Below are positions 55,566 to 64,000 of a stretch of DNA of 64,000 bases, one piece after another. This stretch comes from Gammaproteobacteria bacterium. Its GTDB lineage: Bacteria; Pseudomonadota; Gammaproteobacteria; Ga0077536. The stretch lies in the NCBI GenBank assembly GCA_041984235.1, contig JBHIYN010000001.1:164985-228984 (forward strand). The letters run 5' to 3'. A program made the translations under genes and the position numbers. How positions within the stretch are numbered: the first letter of the stretch is position 1; each line of letters opens with the position of its first letter. Under the pieces are notes generated by a model, which did no database searches, was not told where the DNA came from, and saw only the letters and a program-made list of their open reading frames with translations.

Positions 55566-57178
55566 TGCCGCTCGAGCGGTCGCACAGCCCGCCGAGCGCG
55601 GACATTCCGCTGCTCGAGACCACCTGCGGCGGGGTGCTGGTCGAGGCCGCCGCCGCGGCGCCCGACACGATTGCCCTAGTCGAGGCCGATGGTCCGGCCG
55701 CGGCGCGCCGCCGCTGGACCTATGCCGAGCTGCTCCAAGACGCCCGGCGCCTCGCGCGGGCACTGGCGACACGTTTCGCGCCCGGCAGCCATGTTGCGGT
55801 GTGGGCGGGCAATTGCCCGGAGTGGGTCGTGCTGCAGTACGCCCTGGCGCTCGCCGGCCTGGTGATGGTTACGATCAATCCGGCCGTGCAGGCCGGTGAG
55901 CTCGGCTACATGCTGCGCCAGTCGCGTGCGCGCGGCGTCTTCCACCAGTCCGGCTACCGCGGCCAGGACATGGACGCCCTGCTCGCCACGGCGTGCCGCG
56001 AGGCGGATCTCGACCTCGAGTTCCGCTGGCGCCTGGAAGCGCTGGCCGCACTCGCCGGCGAGGCCGACCGGGGCACGCCGCTACCGGACGTGTCGGCGCG
56101 CGACGCGGCCATGATCCAGTACACCTCGGGTACCACGGGCCGGCCCAAGGGCGCGATGCTGAATCATTACAGCATCACCAACAACGCGCGCATGATGGCC
56201 CTGCTGAAGGCGCTGGACGCCAACACGGTCAACCTCGCCGTGGCGCCCCTGTTCCATACCGCGGGCTGCGTGGGCAACGTGCTGGGCACGGTGCAGACCG
56301 GCGGCACGCTGCTGCTGCCGTCGGCGTTCGATGCCGCGTCCATGCTCGATCTCATCGAGCAGGAAAGGGTCACCTATACCTTCGGCGTGCCGACCATGCT
56401 GATCGCGCTGCTCGCCGAGCAGGCCGCGCGGCCGCGCGACCTGTCGAGCCTGGAGACCGTGTTCTCGGGCGCCGCGACGGTACCGGTCGAGGTCGTGCGG
56501 CGGGTCGAGGCCGAGTTCGGCGCCCGCCTCATCATCGGCTACGGACAGACCGAGACCTCTCCGGCGATCACGCACACGCGCCTGGACGACGACCCGCGCG
56601 ACAAGAGCGAGACCATCGGCTGCGCGCTGCCGCAGGTCGAGATCAGAATCGTCGACCCGGACAGCGGCGCGACCCTGCCGCTGGACACCCCGGGTGAGCT
56701 GTGCACGCGCGGCTTCCTCGTCATGATGGGCTACTACGACATGCCCGAGGCGACCGCGGCGACCATCGACGCCGACGGCTGGCTGCATACCGGTGACCTG
56801 TGCTCGATGGACGCCCGCGGTTACTGCCGCATCACCGGGCGGCTCAAGGATCTGATCATCCGTGGCGGTGAGAACATCTACCCGCGCGAGATCGAGGAGA
56901 TCCTGTACGCCCACCCCGCGATTGCCGAGGTCGCGGTGATTGGCCTGCCCGATGACTACTGGGGCGAGACCGTCGCCGCGGTGCTGACCCGTGCGGTTGG
57001 CGGCACCCTGGATGCGGACGCCCTGCAGGCGTACGTGGCGGGGCGCCTGGCGCGGCACAAGGTGCCGCAGGACTGGTTCGCGGTGGATGCCATTCCGGCC
57101 ACCGCGTCCGGCAAGTTACAGAAGTTCCGCCTCGTCGAGATGGCGCGCGCGGGTGAACTCGAGCCCTTTCGCCTGTGA
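55565..57178 (+). CDS. AMP-dependent acyl-CoA synthetase
   Basis: 'YTSGTTGRPKGAM' and 'GYGQTETS' are present. The start 'MPLERSH' overlaps the previous stop by 1 nt. Confidence 0.85.
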   Translation: MPLERSHSPPSADIPLLETTCGGVLVEAAAAAPDTIALVEADGPAAARRRWTYAELLQDARRLARALATRFAPGSHVAVWAGNCPEWVVLQYALALAGLVMVTINPAVQAGELGYMLRQSRARGVFHQSGYRGQDMDALLATACREADLDLEFRWRLEALAALAGEADRGTPLPDVSARDAAMIQYTSGTTGRPKGAMLNHYSITNNARMMALLKALDANTVNLAVAPLFHTAGCVGNVLGTVQTGGTLLLPSAFDAASMLDLIEQERVTYTFGVPTMLIALLAEQAARPRDLSSLETVFSGAATVPVEVVRRVEAEFGARLIIGYGQTETSPAITHTRLDDDPRDKSETIGCALPQVEIRIVDPDSGATLPLDTPGELCTRGFLVMMGYYDMPEATAATIDADGWLHTGDLCSMDARGYCRITGRLKDLIIRGGENIYPREIEEILYAHPAIAEVAVIGLPDDYWGETVAAVLTRAVGGTLDADALQAYVAGRLARHKVPQDWFAVDAIPATASGKLQKFRLVEMARAGELEPFRL

Positions 57179-57241
57179 GGGCTGCGACCTTGCGCGCGGC
57201 GGCGCCCCGCTACCGAGTGACACCACGGAGAAACTGAGCCC

Positions 57242-58003
57242 ATGGAACCCGTATTGAAAGACAAGGTCGCGGTGATCACCGGCGGCGCCAGCGGCATCGG
57301 CCGCGCGACCGCGCTGGCGATGAGCGCCGCCGGTGCCCGCGTGGCGATCGCCGACGTCACGCCGGACAGCGGTGCGGCGCTGGCGGCCGAGATCGAAGAA
57401 ACCGACGGCGAGGCGCTGTTCATACGTACCGACGTGCTCTCGGCGGACTCGGTCGACGCCCTGTTCGACGCCGTCATCGAGCGCTGGGGGCGGGTCGACT
57501 GCGCCTTCAACAACGCTGGTGTGGCATGCGAGAACGCCCTCGTGGGCGACGCCAGCGAAGCCGACTTCGACCGCGTCGTCGGCATCAACCTCAAGGGCGT
57601 GTGGCTGTGCCTGCGCCGCGAGATCAACGAAATGCTGAAGACCGGCGGCGGCGCGATCGTCAATACCGCCTCGGTCGCGGGCCTGGTCGGCTGGCGCGCG
57701 GCGGCATCCTACGCGGCGAGCAAGCACGGCGTGATCGGACTGACCAAGAGCGCGGCCCTGGACTACGGCCGGCACGGGATCCGCGTCAACGCGGTGTGCC
57801 CGGGCGTGATCGACACGCCGATGGCGGCGCCCGCGACGCGCAGCGCGGGCAAGGTGCACGACCTCATGCTGGCCAAGCATCCGGTCGGGCGCTTCGGCGC
57901 GCCGGAGGAAGTGGCCGGTGCGGTGCTGTGGCTGTGCTCGGACGCGGCCTCGTTCACCACCGGTCACGCCCTCACCGTCGACGGCGGCTTCGTCGCACGC
58001 TGA
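57242..58003 (+). CDS. SDR-family oxidoreductase
   Basis: '[16 protein letters not shown]', 'NNAG' and 'YAASKHG' are present. Confidence 0.85.
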   Translation: MEPVLKDKVAVITGGASGIGRATALAMSAAGARVAIADVTPDSGAALAAEIEETDGEALFIRTDVLSADSVDALFDAVIERWGRVDCAFNNAGVACENALVGDASEADFDRVVGINLKGVWLCLRREINEMLKTGGGAIVNTASVAGLVGWRAAASYAASKHGVIGLTKSAALDYGRHGIRVNAVCPGVIDTPMAAPATRSAGKVHDLMLAKHPVGRFGAPEEVAGAVLWLCSDAASFTTGHALTVDGGFVAR

Positions 58004-58071
58004 TCCGAAGCGTTCCGCGGCGCGACGCCGCGGGCCGTGACCACGCACACCAACCGGGGGGGGGAAGTCCA

Positions 58072-59697
58072 TTGGCCGAAGTACAGGAACGCGCTCACAG
58101 CGGCGCGCAGCAGGCGGTCGAGGAGCTCGACGCGCTGATCATCGGTGCCGGCGTGTCCGGCCTCTACCAGCTCTATTGCCTGCGCAAGCTCGGCATGAAC
58201 GTGCGCACCTACGAGGCCGGCGGCGGGGTCGGCGGCACCTGGTACTGGAATCGTTACCCGGGCGCGCGGTTCGATTCGGAATCGTATTCCTACATCTACA
58301 GCTTTTCGAAGGAGCTGCTGGAGGAGTGGGACTGGAGCGAGCACTACTCGGCCCAGCCCGAGAACGAACGCTACCTCAACTTCGTCGCCGACAAGTTCGA
58401 CCTGAAGAAGGACATCCGCTTCGACGCCCGCATCCGCTCCGCCGCATGGGACGGGGATCGCGGCCGCTGGAACGTCGAGACCGAGGACGGGCGGCGCGCG
58501 TGCACGCAGTTCCTGATCTCCGCGGTCGGTATCCTGTCCGCGCCCTTCATGCCCGATATTCCCGGTATCGAGAGCTTTGCCGGTCCGTGGTGGCATACCG
58601 CGCGCTGGCCCAAGGAGCCACCCGCGCTGGCCGGCAAGCGGGTCGGCGTGATCGGTACCGGCGCCACCGCGGTGCAGCTGATTCCGAGGATCGCGCCCGA
58701 GGTCGGCCACCTGACCGTGTTCCAGCGCACCCCGAATTACTGCTGTCCGCTGCGTAACTCGGCGATCACGCCCGAGGAGCAGGCGCGCATCAAGGCCGGC
58801 TACGACGAGACCTTCGCCCGCTGCAACGCGACTTTCGCCAGTTTCATGCAGGACTTCGACCCGCGGCGTACCTTCGACGTGCCAGAAGACGAACGGCTCG
58901 CGTTCTATGAACAGATCTGGTCGCAGCCCGGTTTCACCAAGTGGTTCGGCTGTTTCCACGACATCATGACCGACCCCGCGGCGAACGAGGACTACGCCGA
59001 GTTCGTGCGCAACAAGATCCGCGCACGGGTCGACGATCCCGAGGTGGCGGAGCTGCTGGTGCCCAAGGATCACCCGTTCGGCTCCAAGCGCATCCCGCTG
59101 GAGACCGGTTACTACGAGGTCTTCAACCGCGACAACGTGCGCCTGGTGGACGTCAAGTCCGATCCCATCCGCGCGATTACCCCGGCCGGCGTGGAAACAG
59201 GCAAGGAAAGCTTCGATCTGGACATCCTGATTTGGGCCACCGGCTTCGATGCCATCACCGGTGAGCTCACGCGCATGGACATCCGCGGCGAGAACGGCGT
59301 CGCGCTGAAGGACAAGTGGCAGGACGGTCCGAGCACCTACCTGACCCTGCAGACCGCCGGTTTCCCCAACCTCTTCGTGGTCAATGGCGCCGTGTTCTGC
59401 AACTTCACGCGCTGCGCCGAGGTCGTCGCCGAGTGGGTCAGCGGTTGTCTCGGCTACATGCGCGACAAGGGCTACCAGCGCATCGAGGCCGACCCGCGGG
59501 CGGAGGAAGCGTGGACCGAGCACGCCGAGTCGCTGACCGAGGGCATGCTCTTCACGCGCACGGATTCCTGGTTCATGGGCAGCAACGTGCCGGGCAAGAA
59601 GCGCACCTTCCTGTTCTACGCCGGTGGCGCACCGGTCTTCCGCGAGAAGATTGCCGAAGTCGCCGCCCGTGACTACCAGGGCTTCGTGATGCGCTGA
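58072..59697 (+). CDS. Baeyer-Villiger (flavin-containing) monooxygenase
   Basis: A Rossmann 'DALIIGAGVSG' motif, the BVMO fingerprint 'FAGPWWHTARW' and a second 'GVIGTGATAVQ' are present. A TTG start is chosen after a poly-G/GGAAG SD. Confidence 0.8.
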   Translation: MAEVQERAHSGAQQAVEELDALIIGAGVSGLYQLYCLRKLGMNVRTYEAGGGVGGTWYWNRYPGARFDSESYSYIYSFSKELLEEWDWSEHYSAQPENERYLNFVADKFDLKKDIRFDARIRSAAWDGDRGRWNVETEDGRRACTQFLISAVGILSAPFMPDIPGIESFAGPWWHTARWPKEPPALAGKRVGVIGTGATAVQLIPRIAPEVGHLTVFQRTPNYCCPLRNSAITPEEQARIKAGYDETFARCNATFASFMQDFDPRRTFDVPEDERLAFYEQIWSQPGFTKWFGCFHDIMTDPAANEDYAEFVRNKIRARVDDPEVAELLVPKDHPFGSKRIPLETGYYEVFNRDNVRLVDVKSDPIRAITPAGVETGKESFDLDILIWATGFDAITGELTRMDIRGENGVALKDKWQDGPSTYLTLQTAGFPNLFVVNGAVFCNFTRCAEVVAEWVSGCLGYMRDKGYQRIEADPRAEEAWTEHAESLTEGMLFTRTDSWFMGSNVPGKKRTFLFYAGGAPVFREKIAEVAARDYQGFVMR

Positions 59698-59733
59698 CGC
59701 GCGCACTGCTGACCGACAGAGAACGAGAGATCC

Positions 59734-60948
59734 ATGAGCGACGACAACGACTACGGCCGCCTGCACGCGCAGTTCGACATCGACGACCCGATCTTCGCCG
59801 AGGACTTCGAAGGCGCCCTCGGCCACCTGGTGGCGCAGTGCCCGGTGGCGCGCAGCGAGCGCGGGCCGGGCTACCATGCGTTCAACCGTTACCAGGACGT
59901 GCGCCGCTGCGCGCAGGACTGGCGGACGTTCTCCAGCGCCGACGGCTGGATGCTGGACCCGCCCGAGGGCAACATCCACATCCTGCCCGAGGACTCCGAT
60001 CCGCCCTACCACACGGCCTGGCGGCGCGCGCTCAACCCGTTCTTCACCGCCGCGGCGGTGGCACGACTGGAGCAGGTCTCACGCGGCTACGCGGCCGAGC
60101 TGATCGAGCCGCTGGTCGCACGCGGCGCGTGCGAGTTCGTCGCCGATTTCGCCGCCCGCCTGCCCGGCATCATCCTGTTCCGCCACATCCTGCCGGTGCC
60201 GGTCGACGACCTGCCGCAACTGTTTGCCGACATCGACGTCTATTCCTTCGGCCCCGTGGACGAGCGTGCCGCGGCGTTCGGCCGCGTCTACGCCTACCTG
60301 CAGGAATTCCTCGAGGCGCGCCGCGACCGGCCGGTACAGGACGACCTCGTCGACGTCATCCTCGCCGGGGTCGAGCGCGACGGTGAACCGTGCCCGTGGG
60401 AGGACAAGGTGCATATCGCGCTCGATGTCGTCTTCGGCGGCCTGGCGACGACCACGCACGCAATGTCGGGCGCGATTTACGAGCTGGCGCGCGCGCCGGA
60501 GGTGCGGCGCCGCCTGCTCGACCATCCCGACCAGGTCACGACCGCGGTCGAGGAGACCGTGCGCTTGCACGCGCCGGTCGTACTGGTCGGTCGCACGGTG
60601 AAGGCGGACGTCGAGGTCGCGGGGCATGCGTTCCGCGCCGGCCAGCGCGTTGGCCTCAACTACGCCGCCGCCTCACGCGACCCGGAGGTGTGCGCCGACC
60701 CGCACCGCTTCGACGTCACCCGTGAGGAGGTCGTGCATACGGCCTTCGGCGTCGGCCCGCACCGCTGCATCGGTGAATACCTGGCGCGGCTCGAGATCCG
60801 GCTCGCCATCGAGGAGTTCCTGAAACGGATCCCCGAGTTCCGGCTTGCGCCGGGGACGCAACCGCAGTTCGAGAGCGGCCAGCTGCGCACCATGAAGCAC
60901 CTGCACCTGGTTTGGGACGCGAGGCACGGCAGCGGGTCGCAACGCTGA
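59734..60948 (+). CDS. cytochrome P450
   Basis: The heme loop 'FGVGPHRCIGEYLA' and ExxR 'EETVRLH' are present. Confidence 0.85.
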   Translation: MSDDNDYGRLHAQFDIDDPIFAEDFEGALGHLVAQCPVARSERGPGYHAFNRYQDVRRCAQDWRTFSSADGWMLDPPEGNIHILPEDSDPPYHTAWRRALNPFFTAAAVARLEQVSRGYAAELIEPLVARGACEFVADFAARLPGIILFRHILPVPVDDLPQLFADIDVYSFGPVDERAAAFGRVYAYLQEFLEARRDRPVQDDLVDVILAGVERDGEPCPWEDKVHIALDVVFGGLATTTHAMSGAIYELARAPEVRRRLLDHPDQVTTAVEETVRLHAPVVLVGRTVKADVEVAGHAFRAGQRVGLNYAAASRDPEVCADPHRFDVTREEVVHTAFGVGPHRCIGEYLARLEIRLAIEEFLKRIPEFRLAPGTQPQFESGQLRTMKHLHLVWDARHGSGSQR

Positions 60949-61070
60949 ATCCGTTGCGGGGCGGATCCCGGTCACGCGGCCTGCTTGTCAAACCGGCCGG
61001 CCGGTGCCGTACCGGCACGTGGCAACGGTGGCCGGGCGTCGCGCTGTCGCCGGCGCGATTGATCGGCGAT

Positions 61071-61346
61071 CTACACGGCGCGCCAGTAGAGCAGCAGGAG
61101 GATGGCGCAAACGACCAGCGTCCAGCCTTCGAACGCCAGACGCAGCGCACGCGGCGCGCCGCGCAGCTCCATGAAGTCGAGGAACACGAAGCGCGCCTTG
61201 ACGAACGCGATCAGGATTACCGCGACCGAGGCGTAGTGGTAGGCCTCGCCGAAGCCCAGGCCGTGGCCGAATTCCCAGGAAAGCCAGGTCGCCGCAATGA
61301 GGGCGACCCAGATCGGTGTCGCGCGGTGGCGAAGGATGAGGTCCAT
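61071..61346 (-). CDS. cytochrome c oxidase subunit IV-like small membrane protein
   Basis: A 92-aa protein with two transmembrane helices from 'MDLILRHRATPIWVALIAATWLSWEF'. Confidence 0.5.
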   Translation of the reverse strand: MDLILRHRATPIWVALIAATWLSWEFGHGLGFGEAYHYASVAVILIAFVKARFVFLDFMELRGAPRALRLAFEGWTLVVCAILLLLYWRAV

Positions 61347-61350
61347 CGGT

Positions 61351-61938
61351 TCAGCGCACCAGGTAGAGCAGGGCGAACAACACGATCCAGAGGATGTCGA
61401 CCATATGCCAGAAGCTGGCACCGCTCGCGAGGGTATTGACGGTGGCGGGATCGGGCGGCCGTGCCGCGGTTACCCGCCACAGGAACAGCAGCACCCCGGT
61501 GCCGATGACCACGTGCAGCATGTGGATGCCGGTCAGCATGTAGTAGTACATGAAGAAATCGTTGCTGGTAAGCCCGTAGCCGGCGGCAATCTTCTCGCTC
61601 CACTCGAAGTACTTGACGGTCACGAAAGCCACACCGCAAGTCATGGCCAGCGCCAGCAGGCCGCGACACAGCGTTTGGCGCCGGGCGCGCGCGGCGTCCA
61701 CCGCGGTGACCACGAACCACGAGCTGGTCAGCATGATCAGCGTGTTGAGCATGCCGTAGCCCTGGCTGAGCAGGCGCTGTGATGCGCTGAAGAGTTCGAG
61801 ATCGTTGCCCCGGTACCAGAGGAACACTGCGAAAAAGAGGGCGAACATGAGCATGTCACCGAGGATGAACATCCACACCCCGGGTTCACCCGGCAGGTGG
61901 CCCGTGTCGCGCGGTTGCGCCTCGATGTGGCTCGACAC
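61351..61938 (-). CDS. heme-copper oxidase subunit III-family membrane protein (NorE/CoxIII-like)
   Basis: A subunit-III-like helical pattern ('WMFILGDMLMFALFFAVF', 'YYYMLTGIHMLHVVIG'). Confidence 0.65.
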   Translation of the reverse strand: MSSHIEAQPRDTGHLPGEPGVWMFILGDMLMFALFFAVFLWYRGNDLELFSASQRLLSQGYGMLNTLIMLTSSWFVVTAVDAARARRQTLCRGLLALAMTCGVAFVTVKYFEWSEKIAAGYGLTSNDFFMYYYMLTGIHMLHVVIGTGVLLFLWRVTAARPPDPATVNTLASGASFWHMVDILWIVLFALLYLVR

Positions 61939-61954
61939 CAGCGCTGGCCGGGGC

Positions 61955-62659
61955 TCAGGGGGCGGGGGCGGCGGCCCCGGCGAGAATGGCGCGCCGCAGG
62001 AACCAGACCACCACCAGGTACCAGGCGAAGAACACGACCAGTGGCACCCAGAATGCGAACAGGCCGTCCCAGGCGAAGGGGCCGGTCTTGAAGAAGGTCA
62101 GCAGCCCGCCGGGGATCAGCAGCACCGCCACCCACAGCGTGAAGAACGCGACCCAGCGCGGGAACAGGGTTGGCGAACCGCGATCGCCCAGGATCGCGAG
62201 CCCGATGGCGATGTTCTGCACGACGAAGGTGCCGAACGGCATCAGGAAGGTCAGCCAGCCGAGGTCGTTCAGTAGCAGCACCAGTTGCGCATCGCGATCC
62301 GGACGAAAAGCGGCAGCTGTCCAGGCCAGTGCCGGCAGGATGAAGAACGCGATGCCGATCGTTCCGCAGGCGAGCTGGGTATGCGCGAGGATTGGCGGGG
62401 TGCCTTCCATGCGCCTGATCTGGATGCAGATGACGGCCACGAAGGGGCCGATGAAGCCGGCGCTGATCATCATCAGCAGGGCGCCGAAGCGGATCCCCGC
62501 AGTGGCTTCGCGGTAGCGGGCCGCGACCTCGGCGGCTACCGCGTTGGGCGAGGGCGGCGGCACGAACTGCGCCAGCAGCGCGAAGCCGAGCATGAAGATC
62601 AGGGCGAATGCGAGTCCGCTCCACGCGCACAACAACTGGATTCTCGTGTTCATGGCCAT
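61955..62659 (-). CDS. hypothetical polytopic membrane protein
   Basis: A 234-aa protein with about six transmembrane helices, upstream of and co-oriented with the CoxIII/IV-like pair. Confidence 0.5.
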   Translation of the reverse strand: MAMNTRIQLLCAWSGLAFALIFMLGFALLAQFVPPPSPNAVAAEVAARYREATAGIRFGALLMMISAGFIGPFVAVICIQIRRMEGTPPILAHTQLACGTIGIAFFILPALAWTAAAFRPDRDAQLVLLLNDLGWLTFLMPFGTFVVQNIAIGLAILGDRGSPTLFPRWVAFFTLWVAVLLIPGGLLTFFKTGPFAWDGLFAFWVPLVVFFAWYLVVVWFLRRAILAGAAAPAP

Positions 62660-62788
62660 GCCTCCCCGTGGCGTGCACGCCGGTTCCTTATGGCGTGCAG
62701 ATATTGTGCTTGCGTATTATACGAATTATTACGGAATTGCCGGACCTGCTGTCCCTGTGGCGCAGGGCCGGTGCAACAGGAGCATGCC

Positions 62789-63541
62789 ATGAAGACCATA
62801 GCCGTGCTTGGTGCCAGCGGCGGCCTCGGTGAAGCCATCGCCACCGACATCGCGCACCGCGGCCCGTTGTGCCTGGGTTATGCACGCGGCCGCGACAAGG
62901 CCGAGGCGCTGGCTGCAGGGATCCGCACCGCGGGTGGCGAAGCCATCACCTGCCAGGTCGACATCAGTGACAGTGACTCGGTCGCTGCCTTCGTCGAGAC
63001 GGCGGCCGCGGTTGGCGAGGGGCTCGGCGCGATCGTTTCTGCAACCGGACCGGCGCTGCCACTGATGCCGCTCGGGGACGTCTCCGCGGAAGATTTCGAG
63101 CGAGTCTACGCGACTGACGTACGCGGAGGCTTCAACGTGCTGAAGCACGGCGCGCGTGCACTCAGGGATGCCGGCGGCGGCAGCATCGTGATGCTCCTCA
63201 CCACGGCAGTCCTGCGCACGCTCGAGAACGACGGCATGTCGGGTTGCCCGAAAGCGGCCGTTGCCGCGCTGTTGCGCCAGACGGCACGCGAAATGGGGCC
63301 GTACAACGTGCGCTGTAACGGGGTGGCGCCGGCCGTGATCGACGCCGGCATCGTGCACGCTCCGGAATTCGAAGGCAACGCACTGGCGCAGGGCGTTATC
63401 GAGGCCATGGTCGCAGGGACCCCGCTGGGACGCATGGGACGGCCGCAGGAGGTCAGCGCGGTGGTCGACTTCCTGCTCTCCCGTGGCGCGGGGTATATCA
63501 ACGGGCAGGTCATCGGCGTCGATGGCGGCTTCAGTGCCTGA
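62789..63541 (+). CDS. SDR-family oxidoreductase
   Basis: 'MKTIAVLGASGGLGEAIA' and 'YNVRCNGVAPAVID' are present. It is the real gene inside track ORF 62285..63541. Confidence 0.75.
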   Translation: MKTIAVLGASGGLGEAIATDIAHRGPLCLGYARGRDKAEALAAGIRTAGGEAITCQVDISDSDSVAAFVETAAAVGEGLGAIVSATGPALPLMPLGDVSAEDFERVYATDVRGGFNVLKHGARALRDAGGGSIVMLLTTAVLRTLENDGMSGCPKAAVAALLRQTAREMGPYNVRCNGVAPAVIDAGIVHAPEFEGNALAQGVIEAMVAGTPLGRMGRPQEVSAVVDFLLSRGAGYINGQVIGVDGGFSA

Positions 63542-63702
63542 GTGGTATGAGCTGCATCGCGATCCCGGCCGGGCCGAAAAATGGTACGATAGCGTACTAT
63601 TCGCTTTAGAACGACCTGCGCACCGGCGTGCCGGACAGGACCGCCTCCAGTGGTGCTGACCTAGCTAAGAGCGCACTTGTAAACCCACGGGGAGATGCTT
63701 TC

Positions 63703-64000
63703 ATGGCGATCGCGTTCGACGAGATCAAGCGCCGTTTCGAGGCCGAGCAGGCCAATCCGATCACACCCATGACCGCGGCCGACATGCCGCCGACCTACGA
63801 GTCGATCACGCCGGAGTGGCTGACCGACGTGCTCGGCCGTGACGTACCCGGGGCCAGGGTGCTCTCGCACACGCTGGGACCGGTTGACGACGGTACCTCC
63901 AATCGCCGCCGCATCGCGGTCGAGTGGAACCAGGCCGGGCGGGACGCGGGCCTGGTCGGGAAGATCTTCTGCAAGGGCACGCAGAGCCTGGAGTCGCGAT
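63703..64000 (+). CDS. partial (5' end) phosphotransferase/APH-like kinase family protein
   Basis: An open frame from the ATG at 63703 runs to the window end, with a 'cacggggag' SD. 'PEWLTDVLGRD...GTSNRRRIAVEWN' resembles the N-terminus of aminoglycoside-phosphotransferase-like enzymes. Confidence 0.5.
   Translation, partial: MAIAFDEIKRRFEAEQANPITPMTAADMPPTYESITPEWLTDVLGRDVPGARVLSHTLGPVDDGTSNRRRIAVEWNQAGRDAGLVGKIFCKGTQSLESR

Overview
This is a visibly high-GC proteobacterial-type chromosomal window, densely coding, with no transposase, integrase or CRISPR array.

The most notable content is a selenocysteine-decoding locus. selA and selB sit in one co-directional gene string, with a tRNA-Sec (selC, anticodon UCA) after the next gene. 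Three selenoprotein genes accompany them, and the supplied ORF track splits each into two same-frame ORFs at a single internal TGA that falls exactly at a redox motif. The three are a UGSC-motif protein (H-U-G-S-C), an AhpD/CMD-like protein with C-F-Y-U-T-S-W-H (CxxUxxxH), and a thioredoxin-fold protein with S-W-G-S-Y-U-G-C. Two lie in the selAB operon and one is 1.3 kb past selC. A stop-codon-based gene caller would report all three as truncated genes or pseudogenes.

The window also contains:
- a copper-homeostasis module: csoR with a palindromic operator, a copA P1B-ATPase with YHS-type N-terminus, a DM13-domain protein, a divergent ribA paralog, and a His-rich glycine-zipper secreted protein;
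- a coxMSL-like molybdenum hydroxylase operon (not form I CODH) that also carries a MoaD/ThiS-like GG-terminated carrier and a membrane protein;
- a large aromatic/alicyclic catabolic island: two Rieske oxygenase loci, two P450s, a Baeyer-Villiger monooxygenase, an extradiol dioxygenase, a meta-cleavage hydrolase, acyl-CoA ligases, dehydrogenases and hydratases, several LLM-class flavin oxidoreductases, amidohydrolases, and TetR/AraC regulators;
- a 1493-aa AsmA-like envelope protein;
- an orphan cytochrome-oxidase subunit III/IV-like pair;
- a 2-copy, 119-bp tandem direct repeat with a 12-bp inverted repeat in a convergent intergenic gap.

Many very long ORFs in the track are antisense, GC-driven artefacts.
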